Shown here: piece by piece, positions 49,010 to 57,423 of the stretch
How the letters are laid out: each line of letters opens with the position of its first letter
Position numbering within the stretch: position 1 is the first letter of the stretch
NCBI GenBank assembly: GCA_039028615.1
Contig: JBCCHT010000005.1
Coordinates: 192,001 to 256,000 of the forward strand
Direction: 5' to 3'
DNA from: Myxococcota bacterium
GTDB lineage: Bacteria > Myxococcota_A > Polyangia > Nannocystales > Nannocystaceae
Length of the DNA stretch: 64,000 nucleotides
Notes under the pieces: generated by a model
What the model was told of the DNA's origin: nothing
Databases searched by the model: none
What the model saw: only the letters and a program-made list of their open reading frames with translations
Translations under genes and position numbers: made by a program

Positions 49010-49363
49010 ATGAAATTCACCGCGAGTCTCGCTCTCGTTGCCCTGTTTTCGCTCAATGAGTGCACCGACCGCTCCGGCGAAACCTCCACGCCTCCGACGA
49101 CCCAAGCCAACGACAGCCACGACGGCAACGATGGCGCGAGCGAATGCCTGATCTGCGAGGCGAGCGAATTGCCTCCAAACATGACCACGCCTGAGGATGC
49201 TGCGCGGGCGCGGGAGATGTGTGATGCCCCCGCGTCGGCCCAATGCGCAGCCTGCTCGACCTTCATGGAAAAGCGTGACCGGCGTTGCAAGTGCGTGGAG
49301 CTCGGCATCAACGACTGCGATAGCGCCAACCCACAGGTGCTCGATGGACAAAGCCCTTCGTAG
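49010..49363 (+). CDS. Small Cys-rich exported protein
   Basis: MKFTASLALVALFSLNEC signal-like start; 9 Cys; TGcTACAGT 7 nt upstream. Confidence 0.5.
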   Translation: MKFTASLALVALFSLNECTDRSGETSTPPTTQANDSHDGNDGASECLICEASELPPNMTTPEDAARAREMCDAPASAQCAACSTFMEKRDRRCKCVELGINDCDSANPQVLDGQSPS

Positions 49364-49430
49364 GTGGACGCGATGAAAGAACACCGCCCCGAGTGCCCCG
49401 CGTATTTCGCGGCCCTCGACGCTCTGAGCT

Positions 49431-50132
49431 TCAGTCCGAGGAGGGCTCGGCGAGGACCGAGCTGAGGCGGGCGAGCAGGCTGGCGTGGCGCCGCGAGACG
49501 GTGGACTTGTGCTTGCCCAGGCGAGTCCCCAGCTCGGACATGCTGAGGCCTTCGTCGTACAGCGCCCGCAAGAACGCCCGCTCGTCCTCGTTGCAGCACT
49601 CGTCCAGCGCCTTGCGGACGCGGCTTTGGATCCGGGCGTCGTCGATGCTCGCGTCGAAGTCCCCGCCGTGGGCGTCGGCGACCTGCTCGGGGTCGCGGGG
49701 TCCCGCACTGGCCAGCATGACCACGGTGGTCGTCTGCGCCACGAGCTCGGCCGCGGCCTCGACCCGTTGCTGGAGACTGCGGGTGTCCTCGTCGCCTTGC
49801 TCTTCGCGCTGCTGCGAGCGCTCGAGCAGCGACTGCGACGCGGCCAGGGCTCGCAGGGCGCGGGAGCGCTGACGGAGCCCGGGCACGGCTCGCCGCGACT
49901 CGTCGAGCATGGCTCCTCGCACGCGGTGGTACGCGAAGGTCTGAAACGACGTGCCCGTCTCTGGGTCGTAGCGCTGGCTGCAGCGCACGAGCGCCTCGTA
50001 GCCCACCGAGCGCAGATCGTCCTCGCCGAGCTTGGCCACCTTCGGCGCGATCGAACGCGCCAGCGAATCCACCAGTCGGGTGCAACGCTCAACCCGAGCC
50101 CGTTGCTCGGCGGTGAGGGGCTTGGTCGTCAC
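49431..50132 (-). CDS. FliA/WhiG (sigma-28)-like sigma factor
   Basis: DDLRSVGYEAL..RYDPETGTSFQTFAYHRVRGAMLD; region 4 LSMSELG..KSTVSRRH; GTGA overlap with the PilZ gene. Confidence 0.82.
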   Translation of the reverse strand: MTTKPLTAEQRARVERCTRLVDSLARSIAPKVAKLGEDDLRSVGYEALVRCSQRYDPETGTSFQTFAYHRVRGAMLDESRRAVPGLRQRSRALRALAASQSLLERSQQREEQGDEDTRSLQQRVEAAAELVAQTTTVVMLASAGPRDPEQVADAHGGDFDASIDDARIQSRVRKALDECCNEDERAFLRALYDEGLSMSELGTRLGKHKSTVSRRHASLLARLSSVLAEPSSD

Positions 50133-50449
50133 GATTGGTCGCGCTGGACGTCGCGGATGTGTTTCCGCAGCGCCCACTTCTGATCATCGCTGAGGTTCTC
50201 GAAGCGCACGCCCATGTCGCGCCCGGTCGCCCGCACGACGCGGCCGCTCAGGGGCAGGTTCGCGCCCAGGCTCGGAAAACACAGCACCATCTGAACCGCG
50301 GTGCCGGCCACCTCCCATGCGGAGACGTCGAAGCGGCAGCCGCCCAAGCTGATGTCCGCCACGGGACGCGCGAGTACGACCTCCTCGCCGATCACATCGG
50401 CTCGGGCCTCCACCGCGAATCGGGGATGTAGGCGCGCTTCCGCGGACAC
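50129..50449 (-). CDS. Stand-alone PilZ-domain protein
   Basis: RxxxR (RLHPR), DxSxxG (DISLGG), GRVVR, MGVRF. Confidence 0.88.
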   Translation of the reverse strand: MSAEARLHPRFAVEARADVIGEEVVLARPVADISLGGCRFDVSAWEVAGTAVQMVLCFPSLGANLPLSGRVVRATGRDMGVRFENLSDDQKWALRKHIRDVQRDQS

Positions 50450-50682
50450 CGAGGCATGATAGCCATGCCCGCCATCACTGCGAAACCCGCGCGGTCGCAG
50501 CGGGGCGCGTCATGGGCGCAGGGCCCCGCGACGTGCTGACATGCCCTTGCGCGGATGTTTGTCATTTTGACAACCGAACCGGAGCCCCTGATCGCAGCCA
50601 ACCCCATGAAAATTGGTGCTGTTTCCCCTAACTTCCCGGGGGGTCGCGGCTTTGCATTCCTTCGGGGTCGCGATCGACTGCC

Positions 50683-51201
50683 ATGCGTCACCGTTTTCGC
50701 TCGTTGCTTCTCTTCCTGTTTGCCTTCGGCCTGCTCTCGCCGGTTGCGGCGTGCAAGGACACGCCGACGATTCCCGGTACCGAGATTCCGGACACCGAAG
50801 ACAACCGGGACATCCTGCGCGTCCTCGAGCGCTACCGGACTTCGTTGGTGCGTCGTGATGCGGCGGGCGTGCTCGCGACGGCGCACCCCACCTACTACGA
50901 CTCGGCCGGCACCGACGACCCGACCGACGACATCGAGTACAGCGAGCTGGGGCCGATCCTCCGCGAGCGTCTCACCGAGCTCGCCGCGATTCGCTTCACC
51001 ATCGACTACCTCGAGATCAACGTCGTGCAGGAGCGAGCGATCGTGAAGGTGTGGATCGACGCCAGCTTCCAGCTCCAGCCCATCACCGACGAAGAGACGG
51101 GCGAGGTCCGGGTCGAGGGTCGACACACCCGCAAGCAGGACCACGCCATGTTCGAGCTGGTGCGCGACCAGGGAGCCTGGCGCATCACCAAGGGCCTGTA
51201 G
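50683..51201 (+). CDS. NTF2/SnoaL-like lipoprotein
   Basis: Lipobox VAA-C; ILRVLERYR..RDAAGVL..Y, ELVRDQGAWRI. Confidence 0.65.
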   Translation: MRHRFRSLLLFLFAFGLLSPVAACKDTPTIPGTEIPDTEDNRDILRVLERYRTSLVRRDAAGVLATAHPTYYDSAGTDDPTDDIEYSELGPILRERLTELAAIRFTIDYLEINVVQERAIVKVWIDASFQLQPITDEETGEVRVEGRHTRKQDHAMFELVRDQGAWRITKGL

Positions 51202-51237
51202 GGCCCGGTCGTTCGAGCCGCAGCCCGGGAGTTCATC

Positions 51238-52179
51238 GTGCCAGGGCTGCTCGACATCATTCTCGGCTACGACTGCAACCTGGCGTGTGACTACTGCACG
51301 ATCACGCCGCCGATGCGGGCGCGCGCGCTGTCGCGGGGGCAGGTGCTCCGTGCCCTGCACGCGGGGCAAGCCGACGACTACGATGCCCTGTCGATCACGG
51401 GGGGCGAGCCCACGATTCGTCGCGACCTGCTCGGCCTCATCCGGGGGGCCAAGGCGATGGGCTTCGATCAGATCAAGCTCCAGAGCAACGGCCTGCTCTA
51501 CGCGGCGCCCGGCAACGCCAAGCGGATCCAAGACGCGGGCGTCACCCAGTTCAACATCTCCATCCACACGCATCGCGCCGATCGCTACGACGCGCTCGTG
51601 CGACGCCAGGGCACCTATGCCTCCATGGTGGCCGGCCTCGATGCCGTGGCCGCGCTCGACGTCAGCCTGATCGTCGACCTCATCATGAAGCGCGACACCT
51701 ACGAGGACCTCCCCGACGCGGTGCGCTGGCTGTGCGACCGGGGGGTGACCCAGGCCGACCTGTGGTTCGTGTCGCTGACGGACGCCAACGCCGAGCACCC
51801 CGAGTCGATGCCGCGGATGACGGAGGTGGTGCCGTCGATGGCCGAGGCCTTCGAGATCGCCCGCAGCCGAGGCATGCGCCTGCGGTCGCTGCACGTCCCT
51901 CGCTGCTTGCTGGGGCAGGACCACGGCCACGCGCACGATCCCGGGGCGGCGCGGGTTCGGGTGGTCACCCCGGAGGCGAGCTTCGAGCTCAAGCACAGTC
52001 GACTGACCGGACAGTTGTTGGTGCCCTCGTGCAGCGGATGCGAGTACGAGAGCTTCTGCCCCGGGATCCGACACGACTACCTCGATCGCTACGGCGACGG
52101 GGAGTTTGCGGCGGCGCGAGGCAAGTCGCCCACCACCTTCGGCACCGTGGGGCGGTCGTTGCCCGTCGTCGCCGACTGA
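51238..52179 (+). CDS. Radical SAM protein, HxsC-like
   Basis: CNLACDYC, TGGEPT, LQSNG; C-terminal VPRC..CSGCEYESFCPG..YLDRYG. Confidence 0.85.
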   Translation: MPGLLDIILGYDCNLACDYCTITPPMRARALSRGQVLRALHAGQADDYDALSITGGEPTIRRDLLGLIRGAKAMGFDQIKLQSNGLLYAAPGNAKRIQDAGVTQFNISIHTHRADRYDALVRRQGTYASMVAGLDAVAALDVSLIVDLIMKRDTYEDLPDAVRWLCDRGVTQADLWFVSLTDANAEHPESMPRMTEVVPSMAEAFEIARSRGMRLRSLHVPRCLLGQDHGHAHDPGAARVRVVTPEASFELKHSRLTGQLLVPSCSGCEYESFCPGIRHDYLDRYGDGEFAAARGKSPTTFGTVGRSLPVVAD

Positions 52180-52696
52180 CGGGATCTCGGTTGGGATGCA
52201 CGCGGCCGGGTGCGGCTGCGTCGGTTCAATGACGCCGCGGAGAGAGGGGCCCGATTCGTGCCCTGTCACTATAGGATGTGGCCTGTCGTGGTCCGCCAGT
52301 GTCGCTTCGGGGATGCGGCGTCGCGTCGAGCGGAAGAAAATCTCGACGAGTTTTCGGTCGAGACGACGAACCCGAAGCGCGCGAAGGGCCCGAGTCGAAG
52401 TCGGTGAATTCGGCCTTCTATGGCACACTAGGCGCCGTTTCGGGCGATCCGCTCGAAGGCGAAAAACCAATGGATAACATCGTTCGTGATTTTGCGCACG
52501 GATAAAAAGAGACCTTCTCGCGACGAGTTTCTCTTCTTCCACCACTAGTTGGTTGTCGAGGGTGCCGTGATGCAAGCGGCCCCGCATTCATCAAACGCGA
52601 GCGGTCGGCCCCCCGACGTCCGCTCTGGTCAGAACGCTGGGTCGGGAGGCACGGGAGACGTGCGTCCGCGGCCCGGTTGGAGGGGGACAGGTCTCG

Positions 52697-53782
52697 ATGG
52701 ACACCAGCGGAATCACCCACAACTACCAGGCCGGCGTCTTGTGGATGGCGGTCGACCAATCCCCGTTCAACGGCGATCTCATCGCGGTTCTCGTCGATGT
52801 CGCTCAGCGGGTGACCGCAGGCCAGGCGGTGCTGCACAGCCTCGATGCCACGCGGTCCAAGCTCGTGTGGACGGGCCCCATGGGCGCCCTCGAGCTGCTC
52901 CAAGATCAGCTGCGACGCGGCGTGCGTGTGTCGGCGTTGAACGGAAGGGTGCCCGCGATGCAGCTCGAGCGCATGCCGGTCCGCGGCATCGTCAGCGCGT
53001 CGTCGCAGCCGCTGGTGCTGCTGGTCGACGGTGACGAAGCGCGGGCCAAGGCCGACGCGGAGGTCCTCGGCCGCGCCGAGATGAACGTGTGCATCGCCAG
53101 CGGCGGTCGGGCGGCTCAGACCATCATGCAGACGACGGTGCCCTTCGATGCGATCGTGATGCGTCACCGCCTCAACGACATCGACGCCCAGATGGTGCTC
53201 GACACGGTGCCCATCGACAAGCGCGTCTGCAGCACCCTGGTCATCGACGAGCGCTTCGATGCCAGCCGCAGCCTGGGCTACCGCGCGCTCGGGGCCCATC
53301 GCTATGTCCCGCAGCCCACGGGGCCGCTGCAGCTCATCGGTCGGGTCAACGCGACCATCGTCGACTCCCAGGCGTGGCGCGAGACGGAGCCGGGCACGGG
53401 GACCACGGCGCCGCCCCGCCTGCACCTCGATCCGGCCCATGCCGCCGATCGCCTCAAGCACGTCTTCACCCTCTCCTCCACGGAGCGCGAGGTCGCCTAC
53501 TGGGTGCTGATGGGCCTGCGTGATCTCGACATCGCCGATCGTCTCCGCAAGTCGGAGCGCACCGCCAAGCGCCACGTGGGTCGCGTGCTCGAGAAGGCCG
53601 GCATCCAGAACCGGGCGAGCCTGTGGGCGGTGCTCCACCACGACGGGCGCGGCGAGTCTCCTCAGCGCGCGCGTGAGGTCGAGGTCGTGCCGACCTTCGA
53701 CCCCGCTCCGCCGGCCCCGGTGGTCATGCCCTCCATGAGCCACCGAGTCGAGCCCTCGGGCACCGTCTCCCCCCCGCCGTAG
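52697..53782 (+). CDS. LuxR-type HTH regulator with degenerate receiver domain
   Basis: LSSTEREVAYWVLMGLRDLDIADRL..SERTAKRHVGRVLEKAG; REC-like VLLVD..FDAIVMR. Confidence 0.78.
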   Translation: MDTSGITHNYQAGVLWMAVDQSPFNGDLIAVLVDVAQRVTAGQAVLHSLDATRSKLVWTGPMGALELLQDQLRRGVRVSALNGRVPAMQLERMPVRGIVSASSQPLVLLVDGDEARAKADAEVLGRAEMNVCIASGGRAAQTIMQTTVPFDAIVMRHRLNDIDAQMVLDTVPIDKRVCSTLVIDERFDASRSLGYRALGAHRYVPQPTGPLQLIGRVNATIVDSQAWRETEPGTGTTAPPRLHLDPAHAADRLKHVFTLSSTEREVAYWVLMGLRDLDIADRLRKSERTAKRHVGRVLEKAGIQNRASLWAVLHHDGRGESPQRAREVEVVPTFDPAPPAPVVMPSMSHRVEPSGTVSPPP

Positions 53783-54076
53783 CCCGAGGATGGGTCCCGA
53801 GGGTCGACGACCGACTCGTCATTGCGTCGTCGTCGGCCCGCTCGGCCGGGCACGACGCTCGGTCGGCTCCCGATGCGTCGATAGGGCGCCGGGCTATTGG
53901 TCGCCCGAGATGCCCCGACCTCTGCCGTTGGTCTGAACTTCATCGATACACCCTCGAGCCACGCCCCGCTGCCGCAGGATCGGTATTTGGGTAGCTGGCG
54001 TGGCGGCAGCGCTCCGTCGTCGATCGGGCCGACATGCGGCCCGAGACGGTTGCGCCCGCGAGCCCTCGCTCGCGCA

Positions 54077-54122
54077 CGCCCGCACGACGCTCTCCGTGAG
54101 CCCGTCGTGTGGGCGATTTTTT
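54077..54122. terminator. Hairpin with T-tract between the convergent LuxR and hxsB genes
   Basis: CGCCCGCACGACG...CGTCGTGTGGGCG-ATTTTTT (T-tract on + strand). Confidence 0.55.
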
Positions 54123-54130
54123 GTCGGCCC

Positions 54131-55630
54131 TCAGGGTTCGCTGGTCGGCGCGGGCTGGATGAAGTGGTCCCGCGGGCGAACGGTGGTCCACCGTTCGAAG
54201 GTGTCCAGCACCTGCGGATCCCCCTCGGCCAGCTTGCCGAACAGATAGTCCTGGATGCCCTTGTGCACGGCACAGACCGCGTTGTCGCGCATGCGCCCGA
54301 AGATGGTGCCCTGGGTCTTGTAGTTGAAGGCGGCATTCGTGCCGCAGTAGGGCTGGTAGGTGCAGTGCACGCAGTCGGGCTGGGTGTCGAGGTTGGTCGC
54401 GATCGCCAGCGCCCGCACGGTGGGATGACCGACCAGGTCGCGGTAGGCGGACTCGTGCACGTTGCCGATCTGGAAGCTGCGGTCGCCCGAGGCGGCGAGC
54501 ATCCGGCCCTCGTCACAGGTGTAGACGTTGCCGTCGTAGTCGTAGGCCAAGGCGCCGATGCCCGCCCCGGCCGGGCTACGGAGATCGAGGTAGTTGGGGT
54601 CGTGGCCGCCGAGGATCTTGGTGAGGAAGATGGCGGCGTAGCGCTCGAGGATCTCGACGCCCTGGGCGTTGAGTTCGAGCATGTAGTCGACCGCGTTGCG
54701 GTAGTACTCGAGGTACTCGGCGCGCGGATACTCGAGGCGTCGGCGCGTGCGCTCGGCGAAACCGAAGGGATCGATGGGCCGCAAAAAGAGGCTGCGGCAG
54801 CCGAGCTTCACGTAGCAGTCGACCACTTCCTTCCACTGCGGGAGCGTGGCCCGGGTGGTCGTGAGCAGGGCCTCGACGTGATAGAGGGTGGGGTCGAGGC
54901 CGAGCTCCGCGTAGCGCTCGTTGATGCGGCGGATCCAGTGCACCGTGCGTTGGTGTGCGTCCCCGGTGGGTAGCTTGCGCTGGGCGTTGTGCAGGGCCTC
55001 GGGGCCATCGACGCTGGTGCACAGCTGCACCCGGTGCTCGAGCAGCCAGTCGAGCTTTTCTTCGTCGAGCAGGCCGAAGTTGGAGACCATGGTGAACTCG
55101 AGCTGCTTGCCGATCTCGGCGTTGCGCTCGGTGGCGTAGTTCACGATGTGCTGGACGACCTCGTAGTTGACCAGGGGCTCGCCGCCCTGGAACTCGATGG
55201 TGACGAAGGGGCTGGTGCTGCGCAGCACGAGGTCGACGGCGCGCTCGGCCGTCCCCTTGGTCATGTCGGTATGCACCGCGTCCATGTTGGCCCGCGAGGC
55301 GTGGCAGTAGGCGCAGGTCTCGTTGCAGCGCAGGGTCACCACGAACATGTGGAGGTTGGGGCCTCCGTGCACGAACGAGGAGCGGGCGCGCAGGCGCTCG
55401 GCGGCGGTGGAGACCTCGTAGCCTTCGCGCAAGAAGCCATCGTCGCGCAGGCGGGTGTGGAGGTCGGAGCCGGCCTCCACCTGGCCGCGCGCGTAGGCGG
55501 TGAACTCCTGCGCTTCGAGCAGCAGCCAGCGTCCCTCGCGATTGGTGATGAGGACCTTGTCGCCGACCTCCCGGAACGAAAACTGAGCCTGGGTGCCCGC
55601 GACGGGCTGTAGCTCGGCCATCGAGATCAT
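54131..55630 (-). CDS. hxsB: His-Xaa-Ser system radical SAM maturase HxsB
   Basis: VVTLRCNETCAYCHASR, TIEFQGGEPL, TSVDGP..LHN, YLDLRSPAGAGIG..YDYDGNVYTCDEGRML, CVHCTYQPYCG; ATGA overlap with hxsD. Confidence 0.88.
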   Translation of the reverse strand: MISMAELQPVAGTQAQFSFREVGDKVLITNREGRWLLLEAQEFTAYARGQVEAGSDLHTRLRDDGFLREGYEVSTAAERLRARSSFVHGGPNLHMFVVTLRCNETCAYCHASRANMDAVHTDMTKGTAERAVDLVLRSTSPFVTIEFQGGEPLVNYEVVQHIVNYATERNAEIGKQLEFTMVSNFGLLDEEKLDWLLEHRVQLCTSVDGPEALHNAQRKLPTGDAHQRTVHWIRRINERYAELGLDPTLYHVEALLTTTRATLPQWKEVVDCYVKLGCRSLFLRPIDPFGFAERTRRRLEYPRAEYLEYYRNAVDYMLELNAQGVEILERYAAIFLTKILGGHDPNYLDLRSPAGAGIGALAYDYDGNVYTCDEGRMLAASGDRSFQIGNVHESAYRDLVGHPTVRALAIATNLDTQPDCVHCTYQPYCGTNAAFNYKTQGTIFGRMRDNAVCAVHKGIQDYLFGKLAEGDPQVLDTFERWTTVRPRDHFIQPAPTSEP

Positions 55631-56121
55631 GGCGTGCCCTCGGGCTCGGGGGCGTCCGGCGATTGGGGGGCCTTCTTCTTGTGCTTTTCTTCCCAGCTTT
55701 GGGCGATGCCGAGCGGATCGTCGAGGGCGGTGTCGGTGAAGTCGAAGTCGGCCAGGTCCTCGAGGCTGGGCGGGCCCATCGCGCCCGCCATCGCTTGCAT
55801 GGTCACTGTCTCTACGATGGCCTGATTGTCCTGGGTGAGCCGGTGGCGGAAGGCTCCGGCTAGCACTTCGTTGGCCAGCTCGCCCACCAGGTCGTGCAGG
55901 GCCTGGGCGGTGGTCTCGGGCTGCTTGCTCCACAGGGTGACCCGCACTCGGCCCTCCGCGGGACGGTCGAGCAAGACATAGGCTCGATCGATGAAGGCGT
56001 AGGTCGCCGCGTAGATGGCCGGCAGGGGGTAGAGAGTGGCGTCGAGCTGAACGATGGCCGAGCCTTCGTGGAGATCGACTTCCAGCAGTCCTTGGGGTAC
56101 CTCGGGCAGCGTCGTGCTCAT
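55627..56121 (-). CDS. hxsD: His-Xaa-Ser system protein HxsD
   Basis: LDATLYPLPAIYAATYAFIDRAYVLL, ELANEVL..RHRL; acidic tail DDPLGIAQSWEEK; coupled to hxsB. Confidence 0.8.
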   Translation of the reverse strand: MSTTLPEVPQGLLEVDLHEGSAIVQLDATLYPLPAIYAATYAFIDRAYVLLDRPAEGRVRVTLWSKQPETTAQALHDLVGELANEVLAGAFRHRLTQDNQAIVETVTMQAMAGAMGPPSLEDLADFDFTDTALDDPLGIAQSWEEKHKKKAPQSPDAPEPEGTP

Positions 56122-56204
56122 GGTGCGCGCCGGATCAGGCTAACAGCTCGGGGAACGCGGTAAAAGCAAGCGTTGGGCGCGATCGATGGCCGCCGCAATC
56201 GCAA

Positions 56205-56237
56205 CGACCCGGGTCACGCAGGCGTGATCCCGGGTCG
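56205..56237. terminator. GC-rich hairpin between the Cys-rich lipoprotein gene and hxsD
   Basis: CGACCCGGG-TCACG-cagg-CGTGA-t-CCCGGGTCG; no T-tract. Confidence 0.4.
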
Positions 56238-56266
56238 GGCGAGCGTGGGGCGTTGCGATGAACGCC

Positions 56267-57286
56267 TCAGTTGAACATGCATAGGTCGGCGAAGCAGGTC
56301 ATGCCCGCCGGGCACGTGGCTCCGCCCGCGCAGCTGAGGATGCACTCGTTGTCGCCCTCGCCGGTCACGTCGATGCACGACACGGTGGCGGTGCCGCCCC
56401 CGGGGCCCGCCGGGCAGTCGCCGACGACGGTGCAGGGCTCGGTGCATACGGAGACGGTGGGGGCGGCCGGGTCGTCGCTCAGACACACCCCATCGATGCC
56501 GCAGATCGCTCCGCCGTTGTTCTGGCAGTCGCCGTACGGGGTGCCGGCGGCGCCTTCGCCTTCCCAGATGCACGCCAGCGCGCCGAAGCAGGTCATGCCC
56601 GCGGGGCAGCTGCCGCCGGCCGAGCAGTCGAGGTAGCAGAAGTTGGTGCCGTCTCCGGTGATCGCGTCGCAGGTGACGGTGGCGGTGCCGCCCGGTGAGG
56701 CGGGGCAGTCGCAGGCGTCGACGCAGGGGCTCTGCGAGCAGACGCCGGCGATGACCGGGTCGCCGCCCGTGATGCAGGTCGCCGTGCCGCCGCCGCAACC
56801 GGAGGTGTCGACCACGTTGCCGGCACCGAGGCAGGAGTCGTAGTTGCCGGGCACGTCGTTGCAGGCACCCGCGGTGGGATCGACGGGGGTGCACACGCCA
56901 TCGATGCAATCTTCGTCCGCGCCACAGGCGGGGTCACAGCCGCCGGGATCATCGGTCGTGGCCGTGGGGTCGGTGGGGTCGGTCGGATCCGTGGGATCGG
57001 TCGTCGCCGTGGGGTCCGTGGGATCGGTGGGGTCGGTCGGATCGGTGGTCGCAGGGGGATCGCCGGTCACATCGGCGGAGCCGCCCATCGTCCCCACGCC
57101 ATCGGTCATGACCGGGTCGCCGGTCTCGTCCTCCGAACTGGTGGCACCCGGTGTCGAGTCCTGCGGCGGGGCCGAGGTGAAGCCGGTGAAGCCGTTGTCC
57201 TGAACGCCGGTGGTGCAGGCGGACGTAGCGACCGCGAACGCGGTCAGGAGGAGCCAAGACGATCCAAGCGAGGGCTGCGCGGGCAT
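56267..57286 (-). CDS. Cys-rich lipoprotein with (TDP)n linker
   Basis: Lipobox TSA-C; duplicated module CPA..GGTATV.C...TG.G.N.C.L.C.....CPAGMTCF. Confidence 0.75.
   Translation of the reverse strand: MPAQPSLGSSWLLLTAFAVATSACTTGVQDNGFTGFTSAPPQDSTPGATSSEDETGDPVMTDGVGTMGGSADVTGDPPATTDPTDPTDPTDPTATTDPTDPTDPTDPTATTDDPGGCDPACGADEDCIDGVCTPVDPTAGACNDVPGNYDSCLGAGNVVDTSGCGGGTATCITGGDPVIAGVCSQSPCVDACDCPASPGGTATVTCDAITGDGTNFCYLDCSAGGSCPAGMTCFGALACIWEGEGAAGTPYGDCQNNGGAICGIDGVCLSDDPAAPTVSVCTEPCTVVGDCPAGPGGGTATVSCIDVTGEGDNECILSCAGGATCPAGMTCFADLCMFN
56948..57050 (-). repeat. Intragenic 9-nt tandem repeat encoding (TDP)4-TAT twice
   Basis: ACN-GAY-CCN units on the minus strand. Confidence 0.8.
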
Positions 57287-57423
57287 GATACGTGGCCTAC
57301 GATAGGCCACCGGGACCCGCAGAATCTACATGAATCGCCGATAAACCGGGGTCTAGCGTCTGACGCGCGGACACACGGTTGCGCTTCTGGTCGGGTGACG
57401 ATGGGTGGACCTATGCTCGCCGC

